From Octopus sinensis (Eukaryota), in contig NC_042998.1 of the NCBI RefSeq assembly GCF_006345805.1, forward strand, positions 197,594,001 to 197,658,000: a stretch of DNA of 64,000 nt, written 5' to 3'. The notes under the pieces are model-generated. The model searched no databases, was not told the DNA's origin, and saw nothing but the letters and a program-made list of their open reading frames with translations. The position numbers and the translations under genes were made by a program. Every line of letters begins with the position of its first letter. Position 1 is the first letter of the stretch. Positions 26,710 through 38,285 of the stretch are shown piece by piece.

Positions 26710-27757
26710 CATACACACATACGCACACGCAAAATACACATGCCCATACATACACACACACACACACACATGTACACACGCACATACATTCACACACACA
26801 CACACACATGTACACACGCACATACATTCACACACACACATGTACACACGCACATACATTCACACACACACATGTACACACGCACATACATTCACACACA
26901 CACACACATGTACACACGCACATACATTCACACACACACATGTACACACGCACATACATTCACACACACACATGTACACACGCACATACATTCACACACA
27001 CACATGTACACACGCACATACATTCACACACACACATGTACACATGCCCATACATACACACACACACACACACATGTACACACGCACATACATTCACACA
27101 CACACATGTACACACGCACATACATTCACACACACACATGTACACACGCACATACATTCACACACACACATGTACACACGCACATACATTCACACACACA
27201 TGTACACATGCCCATACATACACACACACACACACACATGTACACACGCACATACATTCACACACACACATGTACACACGCACATACATTCACACACACA
27301 CATGTACACACGCACATACATTCACACACACACATGTACACACGCACATACATTCACACACACACACATGTACACACGCACATACATTCACACACACACA
27401 TGTACACACGCACATACATTCACACACACACACACATGTACTCACGCACATACATTCACACACACACACAAGCACATACACACACATGTACACACGCACA
27501 TACATTCACACACACACACATGCACATACACACACATGTACACACGCACATACATTCACACACACACACACATGTACACACGCACATACATTCACACACA
27601 CACACATGCACATACACACACATGTACACACGCACATACATTCACACACACATACATATATACACACGCGCACACATACACATGCACGCGCAAATGAACC
27701 CACACATACCTTTAATACACACACAACACACACTCATACATACACGCACACAATTAT

Positions 27758-27791
<34 letters not shown>

Positions 27792-27822
27792 GCGCATGCA
27801 CGCACGCACACACACACACACA
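26710..27822. repeat. CA-rich minisatellite, about 30-bp unit cacatgtacacacgcacatacattcacaca(ca)n
   Basis: Direct reading of roughly 30 units in PIGK intron 5; explains the 357-447 aa His/Thr ORFs. Confidence 0.95.
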
Positions 27823-28611
27823 GCTGAAATTAAAACTGTATGAAGGTTACGAAACGACGGCAATCGTATGAACATCAATATGGAAAAACGACTTCACCCC
27901 CCTCACCCCTTCTGGCTTTATAATATATAGGGGAGGTAATTTATGTCTGCATGCACGGGGTAGCAACACACAAGGGAAATAACCCTGTTGAGACTTGAAC
28001 AAAATGTGTTTTATGTTGGCTGATTGGTACCATGTGTGTAGCACGCCGGGCGAAATGCTGTTACGTTCTGAGTTCAAATTCCGCCGAGGTCGACTTTGCC
28101 TTTCGTCCTTTCGGGGTCGATTAAATAAGTACCAGTTACGCACTGGGGGTCGATGTAATCGGCTTAATACCTATGTCTGTCCTTGTTTGTCCCCTCTGTG
28201 TTTAGCCCCTTGTGGGTAATAAAGAAATAGGTACCATGTGTGTGAGGGGGGAACTAGAAGCTGAAGAATATTTGGGCTCAGCTGATAAACTGATGTACAC
28301 TATCATTTGCTATTGTTTTCATCGACTTCCGTATTGAAAGGGGTTCAGGTATGTCTTCAATATTGTGTTCCTCTGGTTATCTTAATTTTTTGAGTTCCAA
28401 ATTTGAAAAAGTCCATTGCTCCAGCTTGGGACATTGGATGCTTGATTGATGATGATAATATCAATTTTTTCTACTTTAAACATTTCTACCCTTTTTTTTT
28501 TTTTTTTTTAAAGATGTCAAGGTTTGATTTGAGGGAGATTTATTTGCTATTTTTAGTTAGTCAAGTGAATGCGTAGAAGATCCCTCACTGTGTTGATATT
28601 TTTTTGTACAG

Positions 28612-28708
28612 GACACGGAGGTGACGGATTCTTGAAGTTCCAGGACTCTGAAGAAATATCCAATGTAGAACTAGCTGATGCCTTTGAACAGATGTGGCAA
28701 AAGCGGAG
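28612..28708 (+). CDS. PIGK: PIGK exon 6 (catalytic His, GHGG)
   Basis: tttgtacag|GA ... CGGAG|gttggt; (G)HGGDGFLKFQDSEEISNVELADAFEQMWQKR; 97 nt. Confidence 0.97.
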
Positions 28709-29261
28709 GTTGGTCCCTTCTAGTTTTCTCCTCCCCTGCCTCTCTCACTCACTCATCACCACCACCACCACCACACCACTACTCCCACTATCATTGCCAT
28801 CATATCCTACTTTCACCATTAGGTCCCACTTTACACTCATTACTACTGCCAGTACAACTATCACCACTGCTGCTATCTCATCACTTCTACAACTACTACC
28901 ACCACCACTATCGGCACCACCACTCCTGCTAATTCTACATGTTTCTATTAGAAAACAGTACAGCTCCCATGAAACATTTTTTCACACTAAGAGTTGCTGA
29001 AGCATGGAACAAACTGCCAGCATCAGTTGTTAGTTGTCGGAGCAATGCATCCTTCAAAACTTCCATGCTTCCTGAGATTCGCCAACACTACACCTGATTT
29101 TCTCCCCTCCATACACTCGCAAGCATGTATCTGACTCATACACTGTTCACTTCCCAGACATTTGTACACCACTGCATGTGCTTTATACACACTTTTGACA
29201 AGTTGTGGTGCACCTGAACACTGTATACAATAATTTCATTATTATTATTATTATATTATAG

Positions 29262-29379
29262 GTACCATGAAATATTTTTCATGATAGACACATGCCAAGC
29301 TGAATCAATGTATCAGAAGTTTTATTCCCCCAATATTTTAGCTGTGGCCAGTAGCCATGTTGGAGAAGATTCACTCTCA
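29262..29379 (+). CDS. PIGK: PIGK exon 7 (catalytic Cys, DTCQ)
   Basis: attatag|G ... TCA|gtaagt; (R)YHEIFFMIDTCQAESMYQKFYSPNILAVASSHVGEDSLS; 118 nt. Confidence 0.97.
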
Positions 29380-30159
29380 GTAAGTGTCTCACTATTAACT
29401 ACCTTATACTTCACTAATAACTACTTTATACTTCACTATTTACTACTTTAAGCCTCTCTATTAACTATTTTATATTTCATTGCTTAATTACTTTATACCT
29501 TACTTTTAATTGCTTTAGTTCTCTTTTTGTTCTCTGGCATGTCTGTGCCGGTGGCACATAAAAAGCACCATCCGAATGTGGCTGATGCCAGTGCCGCCTT
29601 GTCTGGCTTCTGTGTCGGTGGCATGTAAAAAGCACCAACTGATTGTGGCCGCTGGCAGCCCCCCCTGGCACCTGTGCCAGTGGCACGTAAAAGGCACCCA
29701 CTACACTCATGGAGTGGTTGGCGTTAGGAAGGGCATCCAGCTGTTGAAACACTGCCAGATCAGACTGGAGCCTGGTGCAGCCTCCTGGCTTCCCAGACCC
29801 CGATCGAACCATCCAACCCACGCTAGCATGGAAAACGGACGTTAAACGATGATGATGATATTAATGTTATCAAGACTGAAAAAAAATATTGTCAACATCT
29901 CACTAATTGTCCTCAATACCTCACTTATTGTTCTGGGTTGATAAACTCCACTAGCTGCCAGCAGTTCCTCACTAAATATCCTTTCTTTATCAAAAGCATT
30001 ATAAAATGCTTTTGATGAAGAGACTTGCTCAAAAATTTACACAACCTTGATTTTATGCAATCACAGTGTAATTGTCATTGAAAGACGTGTGATGATGTTA
30101 TAAGTTGATTATTTCAAACTATATCCTCCTATGCTATTTGTGTGTGTGTGTATATATAA

Positions 30160-30490
30160 AAATTAGAAAAAACCAAAATGAACAATTAAATTACACCATC
30201 TAGAAAATTACATATAATAGAAATATTAAAAATGAAATAACAATAATGTACTAATGATTAAGTAAATTGCAAAATAATAATAAAAACGTATATATTTGGT
30301 ATTTTATTTTTAATATTTCTATTATATGTAATTTTCTAGATGGTGTAATTTAATTGTTCATTTTGAATTGATAAAGGTGGGTTTTTTTCTAATTTATATA
30401 TATATATTATATTTTGTGAAATTTGATTTAGTATTTCTAAATTGAATTTTTCACTGCAAGTTAGGAATAATAGTCCCTCAAATAATTATT
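30160..30490. mobile_element. Penelope-like end sequences in inverted arrangement
   Basis: aaaattagaaaaaacc...caccatctagaaaattacatataatagaaatattaaaa followed by its reverse complement; same sequence as 19750-19835. Confidence 0.45.
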
Positions 30491-30499
30491 ATATATATA

Positions 30500-31090
30500 T
30501 ATCATCATCATCATCATCATCATCGTTTAACGTCCGCTTTCCATGCTAGCATGGGTTGGACGATTTTGACTGAGGGCTGGCGAACCAGATGGCTGCACCA
30601 GGCTCCAATCTGATCTGGCAGAGTTTCTACAGCTGGATGCCCTTCCTAATGCCAACCACTCCGAGAGTGCAGTGGGTGCTTTTTACGTGCCACCGGCATG
30701 GGGGCCAGTCAGGCGGTACTGGCAACGACCTCGCTCGAATCTTTTTACACATTCCACCGGCACAGGTGCCAGTAAGGCGACGTTGGTAACGATCACGCTT
30801 GAATGGTGCCCTTTTACGTGCCACTGGCACGGAAACAAGTTGGCTGCTCTGGCAACGATCACGCTCGGATGGTGCTCTTGGTACCTTACTAGCATGGGCA
30901 CAAGTGCTAGTGAGGTGACGCTGGTAACGATCACACTCAAATGGTGCCTTTTAAGTGCCACTGGCTCAGAAGCCGGTTAGCCGCTCTGTCAATGATCATG
31001 CTCATATGGTGCTCTTTGCACCCTGCTAGCACGGACGCCAGTCATCGAATTTGTTTTGATCTTGATTTTGATTTTGATTGATTTCACTTG
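30500..31090 (-). mobile_element. Family D retroposon ((GAT)n tail, variable internal gtgccaccggcac modules)
   Basis: ...ggcgttaggaagggcatccagctgtagaaac...agcatggaaagcggacgttaaacgatgatgat. More than 25 copies across the window on both strands; this family is the source of most MAAPGS.../MLAWVG... ORFs. Confidence 0.88.
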
Positions 31091-31305
31091 TCTATATATA
31101 TATATATATATACTTTATTTAAAGCAGCAGAAAATTCAACAAAACCTGTTACTCTGAGTTTCCTGTTGCTGTTCATCGGCAACGGGAAACTCAGAGTAAC
31201 AGGTTTTGTTGAATTTTCTGCTGCTTTAAATAAAGCATATTACTCTACCACTGGTATTTGAGTACTCTTTTTTTCCACCTTGTTTCACATTTATGTGTTT
31301 ACTCC

Positions 31306-31343
<38 letters not shown>

Positions 31344-31408
31344 TTAATGTGTGTTACTGTAAATCTCTAGTGTATTAATTACTGCAATGCTTCCTTCTTT
31401 GTTTGTAG

Positions 31409-31519
31409 CATCACGTTGACCCAGCTATTGGTGTATATGTCATTGATCGCTACACATACTATGCTTTAGAGTTCCTCGAACAAGTCACACCAACTAGTAA
31501 AAAAACACTCGGACAATTT
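31409..31519 (+). CDS. PIGK: PIGK exon 8
   Basis: tttgtag|CAT ... TTT|gtatgt; HHVDPAIGVYVIDRYTYYALEFLEQVTPTSKKTLGQF; 111 nt. Confidence 0.95.
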
Positions 31520-31628
31520 GTATGTATATCTACTGTTTTCTTTGTGTTTCTTTCATAAATATTGTGCTCGCTGCATTACATTTTACTGTAATAAATCTCA
31601 CTCTTTCTTCATCTGTTATTTCTATCAG

Positions 31629-31810
31629 TTGCGTGTTTGCCCTCAGAAGCAGTGCATTTCCCGTGTGGGTGTCCGAACAGACCTGTTCAAACGAGACACA
31701 GAGAAGGTTCTACTCACAGACTTTTTTGGCAGTGTTCGCAATGTGGAATTACTGTCTGATATCGTGGATTTAGAGAAAATTATTCCTGAGCAGAAAAATG
31801 TATCTTCTAG
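31629..31810 (+). CDS. PIGK: PIGK exon 9
   Basis: tctatcag|TTG ... TCTAG|gtaagt; LRVCPQKQCISRVGVRTDLFKRDTEKVLLTDFFGSVRNVELL...; 182 nt. Confidence 0.95.
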
Positions 31811-33553
31811 GTAAGTTGTTATTTAGTTATCAAGTCAGCTCTGATTCCAGAGGCCTATAAGTAGAAGGTGTTCTATAACCATTCCTCTTTTTGTATATCC
31901 AGGGCTATATTATCCAATACATTTGTAGTGACGTCATATTCCAGTGTGCGCACGCGCAACGCCATTCTTCAGTGTGCGTGTGTGGGGTTGGAACCTTCTG
32001 GAACCTTCTGGAAAGGCATAAGGAAGTTCCCTCATGCACATGCGCTAGAGACTGGGGAAGAAATTCTATCGCGTTCCTTAATAGCGTCGTTGACTTGAGA
32101 CACGGCTACAGAAGAGAAAGGACGTATTTTTAAACGTGTGATCAGCCTATTCTCCTGTCCCAGACGCTTAGGATTTAACCTGTTATATTAATGCTGAATT
32201 GTTGTAAGAAACTTACAAACGTTTGAATTCAGCCTTGCTGTGTTGAACTAGGTGGATACCAGTATACCATCGTGTTTCATTTGTGAATAAGAGAATAAAG
32301 AATTATATATATTTTTAAACTTGCGTTTCGTTCCTGATTGGTGGTTCTAGAAACAAAAAGAAAGGAAATTGTGTTGCACCCAAGTTGTACCCCAAAAGTG
32401 TAAAGAAGCAACCAGTTCCCTTTACACATTCTTCTGTTTTGGCAATGGATAATATACAACAGATGAATAATTGCCTTGTTGGCAATGGCTGATGGGAGGA
32501 TGGTTATCAATAAACCATACAGTTAACTGCATTGATCTCAGTCTTTTTATCCAGACAAAACTAATAAAAAATCCCAAAGCCCCTCACACCCATTGACATA
32601 TCTTGATAAGCATGTGGTAGCCATCTTCCTTTGTACAATGGAAATTGTAGCTGTGGTACCAGTGCCAGTGGCACATAAGAGAACCATCCGGACTTGGCCA
32701 TTGCCAGCGCCGCCCCGACTGGCCTCTGTGCTGGTGGCAGGTAAAAAGCACCATCTGATCGTGGCCATTGCCAGCCTCGTCTGTCTCCCGTGCCGGTGGC
32801 TGGTAATAAGAGCCCTATCCGATCGTGGCCGTTTGCCAGCCTCGTCTGGCCCCCGTGCCGGTGGCAGGTAATAAGAGCCCTATCCGATCGTGGCCATTGC
32901 CAGCCTCGTCTGGCCCCCGTGCCGGTGGCAGGTAAAAAGCACCATCTGATCGTGGCCGTTTGCCAGCCTCGTCTGGCCCCCATGCCGGTGGCAGGTAAAA
33001 AGCACCATCCGATCGTGGCCGTTTGCCAGCCTCGTCTGGCACCTGTGCAGGTGGCATGTAAAAAGCACCCACTACACTCACGGAGTGGTTGGCGTTAGGA
33101 AGGGCATCCAGCTGTAGAAACACTGCCAGATCAGACTGGAGCCTGGTGCAGCCTTCTGGCTCCCCCAGTCCTCAGTCAAACTGTCCAACCCATGCCAGCA
33201 TGGAAAGCGGACGTTAAATGATGATGATGATGATGATGATGATCATTATTTACTTTGTAGTTATAATTATTAACCCTTTCGTTACCAACCCGGCTGAAAC
33301 CGGCTCTGGCTCTTTAGTATAAATGTCTTGTTTTCATAAGTTTTGAATTCAAATCTTCCACCAAACCTTAGTCACAATATATTTTCCTAACACTAGTTGA
33401 ATGATAACCGAGTTATTTACTAAATTCTTTGTTATATTTAATGTAATTGAAAGAAACACAGAGCATCTCAAAATAAATACAGTAACGAAAGGGTTAATGT
33501 CTCTGTCTGTCCAACTTTAGGTTGATATGGTATCTTTATTTTCCTCTTTTCAG

Positions 33554-33620
33554 GTCCCATGTGACAGATGGACCAAAACCCCAAGAACGACTCACCTATG
33601 TCAATCAGTTTCCCGTATGA
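33554..33620 (+). CDS. PIGK: PIGK exon 10 (probable last coding exon)
   Basis: ttcctcttttcag|G; (R)SHVTDGPKPQERLTYVNQFPV then TGA TAA. ERLTYVNQFPV matches human EPLKYAEQLPV (recalled). Total CDS 354 aa. Confidence 0.8.
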
Positions 33621-33921
33621 TAAAGAATATATTTATACATTTCAAACGTGTTTGTCTTATTTTACTTACGAATCATGCAAGATCTACACTCTTTACTCTC
33701 TTTCACTCTTTTACTTGTTTCAGTCATTTGACTGTGGCCATGCTGGAGCACCACCTTTAGTCGAGCAAATCGACCCCAGGACTTATTCTTTGTAAGCCCA
33801 GTACTTATTCTATCGGTCTCTTTTGCCGAATCGCTAAGTGACGGGGATGTAAACACACCAGCATCGGTTGTCAAGCAATGCTAGAGGGACAAACACAGAC
33901 ACAGAAACATATACACACACA

Positions 33922-33962
<41 letters not shown>

Positions 33963-36900
33963 GACGGGCTTCTTTCAGTTTCCGTCTACCAAATCCACTC
34001 ACAAGGCATTGGTCGGCCCGGGGCTATAGCAGAAGACACTTGCCCAAGATGCCACGCAGTGGGACTGAACCCGGAACCATGTGGTGGGTTAGCAAGCTAC
34101 TTACCACACAGCCACTCCTGCGCCTATGTTTAGTATAAATACCGAATCTTAGGTCATTCATAATTATTTTCATTTTATTTGCAACAACTAACTGGAAAAG
34201 CTGGGATTCTTTAAAATGTTGGCACCACTGCCACAGCCATGATGACAATGGCTGTCATCATTACTGTCATCATTACTGTCATCATTACTGTCATAAGACA
34301 TAGACATTTTAAAAACAGTTTGAGGATTTTTAGAAATATTTTAATAGCCTAACCTTAGTTGATATGGTGGTGTCCATGATTATTGAGGTAGTGGAGGTTG
34401 GGTGATTCAGCTATATGATATCTTTTATCTCACTTCCTTATTACTAAACTCTGCTTGCAAAGACCTGTTGAGGCAAGTGAAATCAAAATCAAAATCAAAT
34501 TCGATGATTGGCATCCGTGCTAGCGGGGTGCAAAGAGCACCATACGAATGTAATTGTTGACAGAGCGGCTAACCGGCTTCCATGCCAGTGGCACATAAAA
34601 GGCACCATTCAAGTGTGATCGTTACCAGCGTCACCTTACTGGCACTTGTGCCAAGAGCACCATCCGAACATGATCGTTGCCAGAGCAGCTAACTGGCTTC
34701 CTTGCCGGTGGCACGTAAAAGGGCACCATTCGAGCGTGATTGTTACCAGCGTCGCCTTACTGGCACCTGTGCCGGTGGCATGTGTAAAAAGATTCGAATT
34801 GCCAGTACCACCTGACTGGCACCCGTGCCGGTGGCTCGTAAAAAGCACCCACTACACTCTCGGAGTGGTTGGTGTTAGGAAGGGCATCCAGCTGTAGAAA
34901 CTCTGCCAGATCAAAACTGGAGCCTGGTGCAGCCATCCGGTTTGCCAGTCCTCAGTCAAAATCGTCCAACCCATGCCAGCATGGAGAGCGGACGTTAAAC
35001 GATGATGATGATTCCTCTGTAAATACTACTTGCCTTATATCCTACTGTTATTGATGGCCCCTTCTTTACTTAAATTACTATTCTTTTCCTTCTGTTTGAT
35101 CATACAATTTTGTCTTATATTATTAGTCCTGCCATCCCCTACCATCACATCTCCATACCTATTTCTTTATTACCCACAAGGGGCTAAACATAGAGGGGAC
35201 AAACAAGGACAGACATAGGTATTAAGTCGATTACATCGACCCCAGTGTGTAACTGGTACTTAATTTATTGACCTTGAAAGGATGAAAGGCAGAGTCAACC
35301 TCGGTGGAATTTGAACTCACAACGTAACGGCAGACGAAATACCGCTAAGCATTTTGCCCGGCGTGCTAATGTTTCTGCCAGCTCTCCGCCATCACATGTC
35401 TATACCACCATCACCTACCTACCTCTGCTGTCACTATCATCACATGTCCATACCAACACCATCTACCTCAACTGTAGTTACCATCATATGTTCATACCAT
35501 CACCACTACCTATTCAGTAGCTACTCTCCACTAATATCACATGTTTATACTATCATCCCCTACCTCTATTTTAGCTACCATCTACTACCATCATGTATCT
35601 ATGTCACTATTACCTGTTTCTTTACTACCCACAAGGGGCTAAACACAGAGGGGACAAACAAGAACGGACAAATGGATTAAGTCGATTACATCGACCCCAG
35701 TGCCTAACTGGTACTTAATTTATCGACCCCGAAAGGATGAAAGGCAAAGTTGACCTCGGCGGAATTTGAACTCAGAACGTAATATATATATATATATATA
35801 TTTATTTCTTTACTACCCACAAGGGGCTAAACACAGAGAGGACAAACAAGAACAGACAAATGGATTAAGTTGATTACATCGACCCCAGTGCCTAACTGGT
35901 ACTTAATTTATCGACTCCGAAAGGATGAAAGGCAAAGTCGACCTTAGTGGAATTTGAACTCAAAACGCAGTGACGGACAAATTACCACAAAGCATTTTGC
36001 CCGGCGTGCTAACGTTTCTGCCAGCTCGCTGCCTTCTATTTTAGCTACCATCTACCACCATCATGTATCTATATCCCAGTTACCTACATCAACTGTAGCT
36101 ACCATTATGTGTCTTATTGGGCCTCGTCTGCTAAGCATAATCTAACTGTTACTTTGAATCTTTGCTTGAGTAGAGAGAAAGGGATAGGAGTTTTGCGGGG
36201 GGCCACTGTGTGGCATAATATCTTTAACCCTTTAGTGTTCGCATTATTCTGCCAAAATTAATCCTTTTTCCTCCACATTGTTTTGAACTAATCATGCATT
36301 ATCTTGTAGCTTTGAGATTTTGATGAGGTAGCTGTTAATTTTTAAAACGATATTGTAGGGTTGGTGTGAGAGACCAGATCTAGCTAGTTTGACCATGAAA
36401 CAGGCAGAATACTTTTGGCCGGATATGGCCGGTTTAAATGCTAAAGGGTTAAAGAACAAGAGGGAAAATATTTAAGGTTGTCTGGCTGATGAAAACTTTT
36501 ATAGGGAAGTGGGTGTTAGCATGTTTTATGTAATAAGCCAAGAAGTTAAAGAAAATCACACACTTTGTTGTTGATAATAAACTAATTATATTTGAAAAGT
36601 AAAATAACGTAAAGTATTACTCTTTACTCTTTTACTTGATTCAGTCATTTGACTGCGGCCATGCTGGAGCACTGCCTTTAGTCGAGTAAATCAACCCCAG
36701 GACTTATTCTTTGTAAGCCCAGTACTTATTCTATCGGTCTCTTTTGCCGAACCGCTAAGTGACGGGGACGTAAACACACCAGCATCAGTTGTCAAGCAAT
36801 GCTAGAGGGACAAACACAGACAAACATATACACACACATACATATACATATATACGACAGGCTTCTTTCAGTTTCCATCCACCAAATCCACTCACAAGGC

Positions 36901-38072
36901 TTTGGTCGGCCCGAGGCTATAGCAGAAGACACTTACCCAAGATGCCACGCAGTGGGACTGAACCTGGAACCATGTGGTTGGTTAGCAAGCTACTTACCAC
37001 ACAGCCACTCCTGCGCCTATAATTATCTTTTATCATGTGATTTTTTAAGGTGTCATATAACTTCCATGAGTTCAAATCTTGTCATAGCCATTGTGTTTTT
37101 CTCTTTCATATAGCAAAAAGAATTAAAAAAAAGTCTGTTTGCCTCAGTCAGTTTATCTTATAAATACATTCACTTCAGAGTTGGAGGGAGGGCCTCTTAC
37201 TGTGAAGCCAAGTACATTGAACACTATGCACATAGTCCAATGTGTGCATGTTACAATGTGCATATTACAACATGCACTTATTACAACATTTACGAAATTG
37301 ACTGTTCACAGCTTAAAAAGGCAAAATTGATGACAAAACAATTGTTACATTCATTATAAAAAAAAATTGGAAGTGCTGGTGGCATGTAAAATGCACCAAC
37401 TGATCGTGACTGTTGCCAGCCTCCCCTGGCACCTGGGCCAGTGGCATGTAAAAAGCACCATCTGTACATGGCCGATGCCAGTGCCACCTTGGCTGGCTTC
37501 CGTGGCGGTGGCACATAAAAAGCACCAACCGATCGTGACTGTTGCCAGCCTCCCCTGGCACCTGTGCCGGTGGCACGTAAAAAACCACCATCTGTATGTG
37601 GCCGATGCCAGCGCCGCCTTGACTGGCTTCCGTGCCGGTGACACGTAAAAAGCACCAACCGATCGTGGCCGTTGCCAGCCTCCCGTGGCACGTAAAAAGC
37701 ACCAACCAATCGTGGCTGTTGCCAGCCTCACCTGATACGTAAAAAGCACCAACCGATCGTGGCTGTTGCCAGCCTCCCCTGGCACCTGTGCCGGTGGCAC
37801 GTAAAAAGCACCCACTACACTCATGGAGTGGTTGGCGTTAGGAAGGGCACCCTGCTGTAGAAACACTGCCAGATCAGACTGGACCTGGTGCAGCCTTCGG
37901 GCTTCCCAGACCCCGATTAAACTGTCCAACCCATGCTAGCATGGAAAACGGACGTTAAACGATGATGATGATGATTATTATTATGTGAAGATTTGAAATA
38001 TATGCTTAGCTGATACAAAATGAAGTCTATTGAAAGAGTGAAGGCAGAACAACTGTGGATATAAATGAAGTA

Positions 38073-38078
38073 TTTATT
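38073..38078 (-). other. Candidate polyadenylation signal (AATAAA) of the lipocalin gene
   Basis: tttatt on the plus strand, downstream of the predicted TAA at 38212. Confidence 0.4.
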
Positions 38079-38211
38079 TAAATTTTCGTTTCTCAATTTA
38101 CTATTTTGCTAACGGGTACATTGAAATATCATAAACCATTTCATGCTCTCTGAAGCAATTAAGATCAATATTAAAAAACATCAATCTATTAGTGTTCTGT
38201 CACCGTGTCGT

Positions 38212-38285
38212 TTATCTGCTTTGTCTTTCTTTCTTCCAATCAGTACTCTTCACTGTGTTACAGCTATGGTTCACCTCACTTGCAG
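38212..38285 (-). CDS. Tandem-lipocalin gene, probable terminal exon
   Basis: taatattttctag|CT, phase 1; (S)ASEVNHSCNTVKSTDWKKERQSR-stop supplies the sixth Cys of domain 2; AATAAA lies about 135 nt downstream. Confidence 0.6.

Noticed and set aside
26500-27843. Long His/Thr-rich ORFs (357-447 aa) in three frames
   Set aside because: Translation of a CA-rich minisatellite inside PIGK intron 5; open in all frames; no splice or homology support.
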